Shown here one piece after another: positions 8,887 through 17,350 of a stretch of 48,954 bases of DNA (the stretch's first letter is position 1; each line of letters opens with the position of its first letter). Both the position numbers and the translations under genes were made by a program. The stretch is taken from assembly GCA_964592725.1 (NCBI GenBank), contig CAZQFQ010000003.1, positions 1 to 48,954 on the forward strand, given 5' to 3'. The notes beneath the pieces were generated by a model. The model had not been told where the DNA came from. It searched no databases and saw only the letters and a program-made list of their open reading frames with translations. The stretch comes from an uncultured Candidatus Saccharibacteria bacterium (GTDB lineage Bacteria; Patescibacteriota; Doudnabacteria; UBA920).

Positions 8887-8998
8887 AATTTTGTACCGAG
8901 CGAACATGAGCTTGTCGAAGGAGAATCGAGGGGCATAAAAACACAACCACGCACCGAGGACGATGCGTGGTTTTTACATTAATGCATTATTACGGGTA

Positions 8999-9436
8999 CT
9001 ACAATATCTCCACGGAAATTTCGGGCAGGCCTTTTGGGGGTTGGGGACCGATGGCGACAAAGGCTAGCTTAACCTGAATTTGCGGATTGGTTTTGGCCAG
9101 CTTGGCCTTGGCTTTGTGCAAAGATTCCACAATTACGGCTTTTTCTTCGGCCGGAACCTGTGGTGCGCCTTTTAACGCAAACCCGCCGCATTCCGCGTGG
9201 CCGACAATGCCGAATTTCGTAACATGGTGGGCATTGATTGAAACCTTTTCAAACAGCCACATGAATGTATCCTTATGCTCCGGCTCGTGGGGCTCTGTCA
9301 TCCACAAAGGCGGACCGGCGTAGTTCAAACAATCGTAATCGCCTGGCTCAAAGCCAAAGGCGTTGGCGATCTTTATCGAGTTTTCGCCCTGCAACCTGCA
9401 ATCCATGCAGTTGATAAGCAATGAGTTACAATGCAT
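8999..9436 (-). CDS. beta-class carbonic-anhydrase-like protein (short form)
   Basis: 145 aa with CMDCR (CxDxR) and HAECGG (HxxC) zinc-ligand motifs in the order expected for beta-CA. Shorter than typical beta-CAs. Confidence 0.5.
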   Translation of the reverse strand: MHCNSLLINCMDCRLQGENSIKIANAFGFEPGDYDCLNYAGPPLWMTEPHEPEHKDTFMWLFEKVSINAHHVTKFGIVGHAECGGFALKGAPQVPAEEKAVIVESLHKAKAKLAKTNPQIQVKLAFVAIGPQPPKGLPEISVEIL

Positions 9437-9536
9437 CTTTTTCTATTTTTCCTTCTTTGGGATTTTGCAACCCCAAAAGTTTAGCTTATTTTTTGCTTAA
9501 TGTCAATGAAATTACAATAATTTTCAGAAAAATTTT

Positions 9537-9583
9537 ACCCTCTCTGCCGCCCTTTCGGCGGCATCTCCCCCAGAGGGGGAGAG
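9537..9583 (+). repeat. CTCTCCC/GGGGGAGA hairpin repeat, copy a
   Basis: ACCCTCTCTGCCGCCCTTTCGGCGGCATCTCCCCCAGAGGGGGAGAG. An inverted copy lies at 42949-42994 and a related insert lies in prfB at 34937-35002. Confidence 0.7.
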
Positions 9584-9601
9584 CTCCGCGGTTATCCTTA
9601 A

Positions 9602-10882
9602 TTAAGTGCCCTCTTGCCAACTCGCCAAATACTTTTTTTGCGCTGGGGTTAATACATCAATTTTTACCCCAAGCGCCGCCAACTTTAATCGCGACACTTT
9701 TTGGTCTATTTCTTTGGGCACTTCGTAAACCTTATTTTCCAATTGCCGATGATGTTTAACCAGCCACTCGCAGGTCAGCGCCTGGTCCGCAAAAGACATA
9801 TCCATAACCGCCGACGGGTGCCCTTCGGCCGCGCCCAAATTCATCAATCTTCCTTCGGCGATTAAATACAGTTTACGTCCGTCCTTCATCGTAAATTCTT
9901 CCAGAGAATTCCTGACCTGCCTTTTGCCTTTTGCCTCTTTTGCTAATTGCTCCCCATTAATCTCCACATTAAAGTGCCCGCTGTTGCCCAAAATCGCGCC
10001 GTCCTTCATCAGTTCAAAATGCGCCGCTGTTAAAACGTCTTTATCGCCGGTAGCCGTTAAAAATATATCGCCGATTTTTGCGGCCTGCGCCATTGGCATA
10101 ACACCAAAACCGTCCATAGCCGCCTGCAACGCCGGCAGGGGATCCACCTCGGTAACGATTACCCTCGCACCCAAACCTTTAGCGCGCAAAGCTATACCCT
10201 TGCCGCAATACCCGTATCCGGCCACAACCAAAATTTTTCCGGCCAACAAAATATTGGTGGCGCGCAACAAGCCGTCCATTGTCGACTGTCCGGTGCCGTA
10301 GTAATTGTCAAACATATGCTTAGTCGGGGTATCGTTTACGGCCACAACCGGATATTTTAAGGCGCCGTCTTTGGCCATGGCTTTTAATCTGATAACTCCG
10401 GTGGTGGTCTCTTCCTGGCCGGCCCAAACGGTTTTTAACAGCTCTTTGCGCCCGGAATGGATAAGCGAAATTACGTCGGCGCCGTCGTCTATGGTAATTT
10501 GCGGTTTGAAATCTAAAACCTGATTCAGTGCCCAATAATAATCTTTATTGGAAATATGCTTCCAGGCAAACACGTTAATGCCGCTCTCGGCCAAAGCCGC
10601 GGCAACGTCGTCCTGCGTAGACAGGGGATTGCTGCCGCACAAAGCCACTTTCGCCCCGCCGGCTTTTAAGGCGTGCATCAGCACCGCGGTTTCTTTGGTT
10701 ACGTGGAGGCACGCGGCAATTGTTATGCCTTCAAATGGTCGGCGCTTTTTTCCGCCGGAGGCGGGTCCGCCTTTGGCGGAAAAATCTTTGGCGATAATCC
10801 GCAAAACCGGCATTTCCCGTTCGGCTAAAGCGATATTTATATGCCCTTGTTTAGCAAGCTTGATGTCTTTTACTTTGTGCAT
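9602..10882 (-). CDS. ahcY: adenosylhomocysteinase
   Basis: 426 aa with family-typical blocks: ITIDDGAD, EETTTG, AVNDTPTKHMFDNYYGTGQS, NAD-binding VAGYGYCGKG, GHFNVEI. Contains a repeat-derived insert, SAKGGPASGGKKR. Confidence 0.95.
   Translation of the reverse strand: MHKVKDIKLAKQGHINIALAEREMPVLRIIAKDFSAKGGPASGGKKRRPFEGITIAACLHVTKETAVLMHALKAGGAKVALCGSNPLSTQDDVAAALAESGINVFAWKHISNKDYYWALNQVLDFKPQITIDDGADVISLIHSGRKELLKTVWAGQEETTTGVIRLKAMAKDGALKYPVVAVNDTPTKHMFDNYYGTGQSTMDGLLRATNILLAGKILVVAGYGYCGKGIALRAKGLGARVIVTEVDPLPALQAAMDGFGVMPMAQAAKIGDIFLTATGDKDVLTAAHFELMKDGAILGNSGHFNVEINGEQLAKEAKGKRQVRNSLEEFTMKDGRKLYLIAEGRLMNLGAAEGHPSAVMDMSFADQALTCEWLVKHHRQLENKVYEVPKEIDQKVSRLKLAALGVKIDVLTPAQKKYLASWQEGT
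10746..10784. repeat. TTTTCCGCC..GGCGGAAAA double-hairpin repeat inserted in frame in ahcY
   Basis: TTTTTTCCGCCGGAGGCGGGTCCGCCTTTGGCGGAAAAA. Other copies at 27291-27325, 30698-30734 and 47804-47838. Confidence 0.75.
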
Positions 10883-10959
10883 TTTGTGGTTGATTATTTA
10901 TTAAGCTTTAAAAGTATAACAAAAATTCGCGATTGTAGCGAGAAAAAAATCTCTAAACT

Positions 10960-11072
10960 CCGGCATCATCCTGATCCTGTCATCCGTAAAACCAAGCGAG
11001 CGAAGGATCTCTTCTTCTTCGAGATTCTTCGGCCTTCAAAAGTATGCTATTAGGGCCTCAGAATGACGCCGG
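10960..11072. repeat. GTCATCCTGAG...CGAAGGATCTC palindromic element
   Basis: Termini CCGGCATCATCCTGA / CTCAGAATGACGCCGG and centre CGAAGGATCTC..GAGATTCTTCG. Same family as 17351-17452, 30767-30891 and 40048-40148. Confidence 0.7.
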
Positions 11073-11082
11073 ACGCAAAATA

Positions 11083-11592
11083 TCATTTTGCCAGTTTCCT
11101 GGTTAAATAATTATACTCGTGCCAAATTATGATTACGAACACGGCATCAAATATAGTAAGCGCCGAAAGCAAAAGTGAATGGTCAAGCGCAATCCTAAAA
11201 ATCTGGTACAGCATAAACGAGCACAAAACGCCGATGGCAACCAAATAAGCCCAAGTTTTTTCTTTTATCAGTCCTAAAACCAGGAGTAAATTTATAATGC
11301 CGTGGGCTAAAATGTAAAGACCGGCGAAATCTTTTGTTCCGGCTGTCAAATGGTTAAGATACTGATGCGCGTAAGCCAGAAAAAAATCCTGCGGGTCCTC
11401 AAGTTGTTCGCCGCGCGACAACCTGTTTAAAATCACGGTTAAAGCACTCGGGCTTAAATAAACAAGCAAAAAACCGCTGACAGTTTCCACTAAGCCAGTG
11501 AGGGTTTTTATGCAGATGCTGATAATAAAGAATTCGTGCCAGTATTTTTCTTTTAACCTCATATTTTTAAAAATATTTAGGGATGTTCTCAC
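11083..11592 (-). CDS. DUF2127-like integral membrane protein
   Basis: 169 aa with 4 TM helices. The start may be Met11 (MRLKEKYWHEFF..). Pattern typical of DUF2127. Confidence 0.5.
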   Translation of the reverse strand: MRTSLNIFKNMRLKEKYWHEFFIISICIKTLTGLVETVSGFLLVYLSPSALTVILNRLSRGEQLEDPQDFFLAYAHQYLNHLTAGTKDFAGLYILAHGIINLLLVLGLIKEKTWAYLVAIGVLCSFMLYQIFRIALDHSLLLSALTIFDAVFVIIIWHEYNYLTRKLAK

Positions 11593-11826
11593 ATCACACC
11601 CTCTAATATGAATTATATCAAAAAACCTCCTTATTAGCGACGTAGAGCGAGCGAAAGTTATCCGCCTCAGGCGGATAACTTTCCGAGCCCAAGGAGTCTT
11701 AATACAGGTTCAATACCTCAGAGCTCTGCTCCGAGGAACCTTTATTTAAAAGTCTTTTAAAACCGATAATTTAACAAAAAATGAAACAATTTTTTAGGAA
11801 GTTACGTAATAATAAATATAAAGGAC

Positions 11827-12765
11827 TTGAACGATATGAAATTTAAACCAAGTATTTATAATATCGCCTTAGGCATAAGTTTAATTTTAACGGCGTCGTT
11901 AACGCTGAGCCAAAATACGGCTTTTGCCCAAACCGTGCCTACGCCTGCGCCAAATTCCGGTGCCGGAGCGAACGCCTCTTATAACTGGGCGGGGTATGTT
12001 TCTTCCGGCGGCGGTTTTTCTTCCGTTACCGGCACCTGGACAATCCCGCAAATCCCCACGGCATCGGGTTTAACAGGCGACGCGACCTGGGTAGGCATCG
12101 GCGGCGTGACCGGCACGGATTTAATCCAAGCCGGAACCCAAGCTCTTACTAATATCAATAATTCTTCCGTAACTTACCAGGCTTGGTACGAAACTTTACC
12201 CGGCTATTCCCAACCTATATCCATCACGGTAAATCCGGGAGACTCTATTACAGCCACCTTAACCGAACAGACGCAAAACCAATGGGTTATTGCTCTAAGG
12301 GATAATACCAACGGACAAAATTTCCAGACAATGGTACCTTACGATTCTTCCTTGTCCAGCGCCGAATGGATAGAGGAAATGCCCACGCAGGTCGGCGGAG
12401 GGTTTATTCCCTTGGATAATTTTGGCACGATGCAGTTTAGCGGCGGGACAACGGTAAAAAACGGGCAAACGCTGACCATAGCGCAATCCGGCGCCCAATC
12501 TATGACAATGCTTAATTCCGGCCAGCAGGCTTTAGCCACACCGTCGGGGCTTGGTTATGATGGAGCAAGTTTTAACGTGAGCCGGTCAAGCGCGGCCGCA
12601 ACTTCGCCGAGCGCAACTCCGGGCATCCGCCGCGGCTGGACAAGAACCGGCGTGGGAGTCCAAGGTTTTGGAGGATTTTCGCGGGGATCGCAAAGCATAC
12701 GCCAGTCTTACCGAGGCCAATTTTTTAGATTTCGGACAAGGCTATCTGCGCGTAAATCTTTTTAG
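11827..12765 (+). CDS. secreted peptidase, family G1 (eqolisin / Peptidase_A4-like)
   Basis: Signal peptide, then NWAGY, WVGIGG, LIQAGTQ, YQAWYETLP and AEWIEEMP blocks characteristic of glutamic peptidases. Basic C-terminal tail. ATG at 11836 is the likelier start. Confidence 0.75.
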   Translation: MNDMKFKPSIYNIALGISLILTASLTLSQNTAFAQTVPTPAPNSGAGANASYNWAGYVSSGGGFSSVTGTWTIPQIPTASGLTGDATWVGIGGVTGTDLIQAGTQALTNINNSSVTYQAWYETLPGYSQPISITVNPGDSITATLTEQTQNQWVIALRDNTNGQNFQTMVPYDSSLSSAEWIEEMPTQVGGGFIPLDNFGTMQFSGGTTVKNGQTLTIAQSGAQSMTMLNSGQQALATPSGLGYDGASFNVSRSSAAATSPSATPGIRRGWTRTGVGVQGFGGFSRGSQSIRQSYRGQFFRFRTRLSARKSF

Positions 12766-12975
12766 AAAATTGCCTCTCTTTTAAATGGAGTTAGGGGGCT
12801 AGGCCGGAGTGAGTTAGAAACAAGCAGCTTTGTTTCCGCTCGGCCTAACCCGCTTACTCCAACTAAGGCCTAAAACGCCGAAACAAAGACGGACGTAAGC
12901 GTAAAATTTTTGTTTCTCACAAAAACATCCTTACGAAGTTAAGGGTGCTTTTGTTAACCCTAAATTTACAAATCC

Positions 12976-13004
12976 TGGACAATTTAGCTTGTTTATAGTA
13001 GAAT
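12976..13004 (+). promoter_or_regulatory. sigma70-type promoter upstream of tRNA-Thr
   Basis: TGGACA, 17-nt spacer, TAGAAT, about 80 nt upstream of the tRNA. Confidence 0.5.
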
Positions 13005-13082
13005 ATATAGAGCTTGCCGTAGCTTCCGCCTTCGTTTAAAACTTCGGTGGACAGGCAGTTGGCAGACCCACTTTCGCTTTTG

Positions 13083-13158
13083 GCCAGCGTAGCTCAGTTG
13101 GCAGAGCAGCTGTTTTGTAAACAGCAGGTCATCGGTTCAAATCCGATCGCTGGCTCCA
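13083..13158 (+). tRNA. tRNA-Thr (UGU), CCA encoded
   Basis: Acceptor GCCAGCG/CGCTGGC, D arm GCTC-AGTTGGCA-GAGC, anticodon loop TTTGTAA, T arm ATCGG-TTCAAAT-CCGAT. Confidence 0.9.
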
Positions 13159-13190
13159 CAAGAAGCTTCGGCGGGCAAGGCAACGGTTTT

Positions 13191-13275
13191 GCCGAAGGTC
13201 CGACGTAGTCCCGACTAGTCGGGACGAAGTTGGATAAACCGTAGGTCGTCGGTTCAAACCCGACCATCGGCTCCA
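13191..13275 (+). pseudogene. tRNA-like remnant (intact T arm and acceptor 3' strand, non-canonical body)
   Basis: GTCGTCGGTTCAAACCCGACCATCGGCTCCA is a good T arm plus acceptor end that can pair with GCCGAAG at 13191. The interior is an 18-nt perfect palindrome (GTCCCGACTAGTCGGGAC) and does not fold as D or anticodon arms. Confidence 0.4.
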
Positions 13276-13458
13276 GATTTAACGGGGTGAAAATCCGACA
13301 GCTGGCTCCACATTTTGCGCAACAAAATGTGCCCGACGAAGCCTTGGCGAAGCCGGGCTTTAAACGTCATTGATGGATCGATGGCGTTAACAGATTTTCC
13401 TGACGCCCAGGACAATCACAATTCATAACTCCTAATTCTTAATTCATAATTCCATCAT

Positions 13459-13614
13459 ATGTCCCAGGACCATCTCATAAACATGGAGTGCACGGTTTGC
13501 CATAATTTAAATTATCAAACCCAAAAGAACAAAAAAAATACCGCCAAGCGTTTGGAACTGCAAAAATTCTGCAAATTCTGCAAAAAGAAAACCTTGCACA
13601 AGGAAACCAAATAG
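13459..13614 (+). CDS. rpmG: 50S ribosomal protein L33
   Basis: 51-aa ORF absent from the ORF track: [51 protein letters not shown]. Has the CxxC..CxxC zinc ribbon and KNKKN signature. Confidence 0.9.
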   Translation: MSQDHLINMECTVCHNLNYQTQKNKKNTAKRLELQKFCKFCKKKTLHKETK

Positions 13615-13640
13615 GTTAATATAACTGATAATTTATAATT

Positions 13641-13804
13641 AGAAGCTATCTCAAAATTAGCTTTTGAGGAAAAATTGAGGAATTTTGAGCGGATTGGCCT
13701 TTAACAAATTTTGACGTTTAGCCGGAGCTAAGCGGAAAAATTTTTAAGGACAAGACGCCAAAATTACTCGATTTTAACCAAAATGGAATTTTGAGATAGC
13801 TTCT
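13641..13804 (+). mobile_element. MITE-like palindromic element, copy 2 (diverged arms, conserved core)
   Basis: Termini AGAAGCTATCTCAAAATT / AATTTTGAGATAGCTTCT are perfectly complementary. The core is about 90% identical to copy 1. Confidence 0.75.
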
Positions 13805-13878
13805 AATAACAAATAACTAAGACGCGCGTTATTAGTTATTATCGTTATTAGTTATTATTATGGTTATCAGTTATCCCT

Positions 13879-13952
13879 GGGGGGTTCGTATAACGGTAGT
13901 ACAACGGTCTCCAAAACCGTATGCGAAGGTCCGACTCCTTCACCCCCTGCCA
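13879..13952 (+). tRNA. tRNA-Trp (CCA), CCA end encoded
   Basis: Acceptor GGGGGGT/ACCCCCT (G1-U72 wobble), anticodon stem ACGGT/ACCGT, loop CTCCAAA, T arm GAAGG-TCCGACT-CCTTC. Confidence 0.85.
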
Positions 13953-14003
13953 TAGAAAGTTTTTTTATTTCCACCACCTTGCGTTTAGTCTGACCTGAAT
14001 CAT

Positions 14004-14327
14004 TTGCATTTAATGTATTCTTTTATGGAAACACACAAACACAATGACGGTTTTTTGCTGATTTCGCTGATGATTGTGTTGGCGATTATGGCTATATTGT
14101 TTGTGGTAATGTACGGCAAGTCACGTAATGGCGGGCCTAGTACGGCGCAAACATACCAAAACGATATTCAGGCGGCCAAGCAGGTTACAAATTTGCAAAA
14201 CCAACAAACCCTGGACATTCAAAACCAGCTTAATTCCCCGGGCGGCGCTCCGGCGAGCATCGGACACAGGGCAATACAGCAGGCCAAGGGGTTGCAATCA
14301 CAAAGTTCCTCCGGACAGCAATACTAA
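14004..14327 (+). CDS. small prepilin-like protein (type IV pilin-type N-terminal helix, Ser instead of Glu at +5)
   Basis: ..NDGFLLISLMIVLAIMAILFVV resembles the G|F(T/L)L(I/L)E prepilin cleavage/methylation segment. The rest is Gln/Asn-rich. Likely start is Met8 at 14025. Confidence 0.45.
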   Translation: MHLMYSFMETHKHNDGFLLISLMIVLAIMAILFVVMYGKSRNGGPSTAQTYQNDIQAAKQVTNLQNQQTLDIQNQLNSPGGAPASIGHRAIQQAKGLQSQSSSGQQY

Positions 14328-14358
14328 AAATTCATCAATAACCTTGTTTTACGATAAA

Positions 14359-14387
14359 AAACCGCAACTAAGATGCTGCGGTTTTTT
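14359..14387 (+). terminator. rho-independent terminator
   Basis: AACCGCA-actaagatgc-TGCGGTT followed by TTTTT. Confidence 0.75.
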
Positions 14388-14418
14388 ATATATATCCATC
14401 AATCTCCCAATATCAACT

Positions 14419-14580
14419 AGAAGCTATCTTAAAAATCCTTCGGGCTGCAATTCCAGGATTTTGGCGTCTTGGCCTTAAAAATTTTTCCGCTTAGCTTCGG
14501 CTAAACGTCAAAATTTGTTAAGGGCCAATCCGCTCAAAATCCTGTAATTTCGCCTACAAATTATTTTTAAGACAGCTTCT
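14419..14580 (-). mobile_element. MITE-like palindromic element, copy 3 (inverted relative to copies 1 and 2)
   Basis: Its reverse complement is identical to copy 1 except for about 12 bp at each terminus. There is one terminal mismatch, which is a G-T pair only in the orientation of copies 1 and 2. Confidence 0.75.
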
Positions 14581-14584
14581 AATA

Positions 14585-15523
14585 TCATTCTAACGAACTC
14601 CCTACAAAGTCCCTGTACCCATTTAAAAAATCGTTAACGGCAACTTCAGACTTCCCCTCGAGCTGAAGTTGTTTTATTTGCAAAAAAGTATTATTGCCGC
14701 ACGCCACAACCCCTCCTTCAAGAACTTTACCGAATCCGTAGGCATCCGTAGATTCGTGTTCAATCCGTAGATCCGTGTTAACTACACAATCAGTAATCTT
14801 TAATATCTTCCCGTTCCAAGTTGTCCAAATCCCCGGCCAAATATAAAACGCGCGGAATTGGTTGTAAATTTCAGCGGCCGATTTTGCCCAGTCAACTTTG
14901 CCGTCAGCCTTGGTGATAATTTTCGTAAAAGACGCCGCGGCTTCATCCTGGGGCAGGGGAGTAGTCTTGCCGCCGGCATAATCAGCGATAACCTGATTAA
15001 TAATTCCCGCAGAAACCTTGGCCAATTTGTCCGATAATGTAAAATAATTATCCCAAGGTTCTATGCCGGCGGCTTCTTGCGCGAGCAAAGGACCGTCGTC
15101 AATTTTTTTGTCCAGCAAAAATATGGATGTGCCGGTTTGCTCGTCGCCGTTAAGCAAAGTGAACTGAATGGGCGATGGGCCGCGATACTTTGGCAATACG
15201 GAAAAATGGACGTTAACGGTTTTATATTTCGGCAGATTGATAATTTCCATCGGTAAAATTTTCCCATAGGCGACCACCACAAAAATATCAGCTCCCAAAA
15301 CCTGTAACTCCTTATAAAAATTTTCATCTTTGATTTTTTCAGGTTTGAAAATTTTTAGCTTTAAATCATTAGCCAAAGCCGAAACCGGGCTTTCCTGCAA
15401 CTCCTGCGACCGTCCCGCTTCCGCGTCCGGTTTTGTTACCACAGCCAAAATCTCATGCTGTTTTTTTAAAGCTTCTAATATGGGCAAAGCCGCGTTGGCC
15501 GTGCCAAAAAAAACAATTTTCAT
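14585..15523 (-). CDS. fmt: methionyl-tRNA formyltransferase
   Basis: 312 aa: MKIVFFGT.., formyltransferase core NVHFSLLPKYRGPSPIQ and a C-terminal Fmt domain. Carries a repeat-like insert NTDLRIEHESTDAYGF (14731-14782). Confidence 0.9.
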   Translation of the reverse strand: MKIVFFGTANAALPILEALKKQHEILAVVTKPDAEAGRSQELQESPVSALANDLKLKIFKPEKIKDENFYKELQVLGADIFVVVAYGKILPMEIINLPKYKTVNVHFSVLPKYRGPSPIQFTLLNGDEQTGTSIFLLDKKIDDGPLLAQEAAGIEPWDNYFTLSDKLAKVSAGIINQVIADYAGGKTTPLPQDEAAASFTKIITKADGKVDWAKSAAEIYNQFRAFYIWPGIWTTWNGKILKITDCVVNTDLRIEHESTDAYGFGKVLEGGVVACGNNTFLQIKQLQLEGKSEVAVNDFLNGYRDFVGSSLE

Positions 15524-15610
15524 ATTCCGCTGATCTGTTGCCGATTGGTGCGCCGATAAGTCGCTGAGCGCTGCTGTCGGCGTCTACTCAGCGTACATAT
15601 CGGCGACCAA

Positions 15611-16177
15611 TCAGCGGGTTTTAAGAATTTTTCTTAGAACATCCGCCTCAATCCTGCAATCCACCAAAGCATTATGCATTTGCTTTTTGTCGATTTTAAT
15701 CTTCAACTTTTTTATTAAATATTCCAACCCGAAACCGGCAAAATCTTTTTTGGATTTTAGTTGGTTATTTTTGGCCAGTACGCCATAAAATAACGCCCAC
15801 AAATCAAAATAGTGGTAATCAAACGGCCACTTTATTTTTGCCTGTCGATAGGCCTCAAGCAAAATGCGTTTATCATTATACCCGACATAAAAGGCCTGCA
15901 TCACATTGTGGGGGAAAGCTCGGTTGAATTTTATCACGGCCTCAGCGACAGTCGGAGCGTCTTTAACCATATCCCAGCTGATTTTATTGACCTTCATGGA
16001 CTCTCTGTCCCTATTTTTCCAATGGTTAGGTCTGACATAGCTGGAAAAATATTTTTTTTCTTTTAAAGTTTTCCTGTCCAAAAGCACGGCCGCGATTTGC
16101 AGTAAATCGTGCTTTTTGGGAAAATCAAAACCGGAAAACTCCGTATCGATTAACAAAATATCTCTTTTGAAGTTCAT
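15611..16177 (-). CDS. DEDDh 3'-5' exonuclease (DnaQ/epsilon-like domain)
   Basis: Exo I motif LLIDTEFSG, Exo III motif HNALVDCRIEADV. 188 aa. Confidence 0.65.
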   Translation of the reverse strand: MNFKRDILLIDTEFSGFDFPKKHDLLQIAAVLLDRKTLKEKKYFSSYVRPNHWKNRDRESMKVNKISWDMVKDAPTVAEAVIKFNRAFPHNVMQAFYVGYNDKRILLEAYRQAKIKWPFDYHYFDLWALFYGVLAKNNQLKSKKDFAGFGLEYLIKKLKIKIDKKQMHNALVDCRIEADVLRKILKTR

Positions 16178-16213
16178 AATCTATAAATTTCTTTATTTCC
16201 CAATTTCTTAATA

Positions 16214-16750
16214 TCAAACCTCTCGTATTATTCTCCTAAATATCTCCGCCGCAAGCCTGACTTTCTCCATCATATCGTAGGGATTTTTTTGCTTCAACCT
16301 GAAATAGTCCAGAAGAGTTTGGAAGGTCGGCATTTTATTGAGCCCATAATTTAAGGTGTAGATATAACCTAACGTCCATAGCTGAATAACGTGGTAGTCG
16401 TAGTCGTAAGTTACGGCCGCTTTCTTAAAGGCATTTTTTAAAAACCACAAATTATTGGAACTGTGCGTTGCCAGCAATAAATCCGCGCCGAATTTTTTAT
16501 GAAAATTTTTGATAGCATCGTAAACTTTCGGGCTCTTGCGGAGTGTCTCGTAATCAGTATGCAAAATTTTGGCGTGCTCGTTAATGACGCTGTCCAAATA
16601 ACTAATCCTGATAAAAGTGTTAAAATTATTTTTTTCCAGCAAATTGTCCTTGTCCAGCAAAACCGCGGAGAGTTGGATTATGGAATCCTTATCCGCGTCG
16701 TGTCCGGTGGTCTGGATTTCAAAAAATAGAATGTCTTTGATAAACTTCAT
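16214..16750 (-). CDS. exonuclease-like paralog with a degenerate active site
   Basis: 178 aa, same length class and architecture as 15611-16177. Exo I reads FFEIQTTG (first Asp lost) and no H-x4-D Exo III motif is evident. Confidence 0.45.
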   Translation of the reverse strand: MKFIKDILFFEIQTTGHDADKDSIIQLSAVLLDKDNLLEKNNFNTFIRISYLDSVINEHAKILHTDYETLRKSPKVYDAIKNFHKKFGADLLLATHSSNNLWFLKNAFKKAAVTYDYDYHVIQLWTLGYIYTLNYGLNKMPTFQTLLDYFRLKQKNPYDMMEKVRLAAEIFRRIIREV

Positions 16751-16832
16751 AGATCACTGATTTATCACAGATTGCGCGGATGCCGCTGATGCGATTTGCG
16801 ACATCTGCGTCATTTGCGTTTATATCTGTGAT

Positions 16833-17336
16833 CTATAATAATTTTTTCTTTTTCCACTCCTTAACAATTTCCGCACCCTGAGTGTATTTTTTTATAAAAT
16901 CGATAATAAGACGGCCGTTGATGTGATCGATTTCGTGCTGGGTAACACGGGCAACCCAGCCGTCATCCATAAATTGCACGGTTTTGCCTTCCGCGGTCTG
17001 CGCTTCCACAGTGACTTTTTTGGGACGCTTGACCATACCGAACACTTCGGGAATGGACAAACACCCTTCTTCAATTTCGGTTTTGGCAAAACTTTTGGAA
17101 ACTATTTTGGGATTATAAAGCACCACAAGCGGGACGCCGCTTTTCTCTAAATTGACAATAATCAGCTTAACCGATTTTCCAACTTGCGGCGCGGCCAAAC
17201 CGATGCCGTCGGCCTTGCGCACCGTGTCTATCATATCCTCGGTTAATTTCCTGATTTCCTTGGTCAACGGAAAAACCACCGGCTCGGTCGGGTTTCTTAA
17301 AACAGGATCGGGATAAGTTTTAATTGGTAATACCAT
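16833..17336 (-). CDS. def: peptide deformylase
   Basis: Motifs GIGLAAPQVG, EGCLSIP and HEIDHINGRL. Confidence 0.95.
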   Translation of the reverse strand: MVLPIKTYPDPVLRNPTEPVVFPLTKEIRKLTEDMIDTVRKADGIGLAAPQVGKSVKLIIVNLEKSGVPLVVLYNPKIVSKSFAKTEIEEGCLSIPEVFGMVKRPKKVTVEAQTAEGKTVQFMDDGWVARVTQHEIDHINGRLIIDFIKKYTQGAEIVKEWKKKKLL

Positions 17337-17350
17337 ACGGCTCTGGTGAT

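Noticed and set aside
9421-9759. 112-aa plus-strand ORF (and the similar 89-aa ORF at 42784-43053) containing ..LPQRGR..
   Set aside because: The shared peptide comes from translating the CTCTCCC/GGGGGAGA repeat. The ORFs run through intergenic repeats and into the 3' end of neighbouring genes, so they are repeat-generated artefacts.
9924-10904. 125-, 72- and 118-aa plus-strand ORFs and a 71-aa minus-strand ORF
   Set aside because: They overlap ahcY on the opposite strand or in another frame, and ahcY explains the region.
13191-13275. An 85-nt sequence as a functional type II tRNA
   Set aside because: The acceptor and T arms are fine, but no D arm or 5-bp/7-nt anticodon arm can be drawn. 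The interior is a perfect 18-nt palindrome. It is listed as a tRNA-like remnant only.
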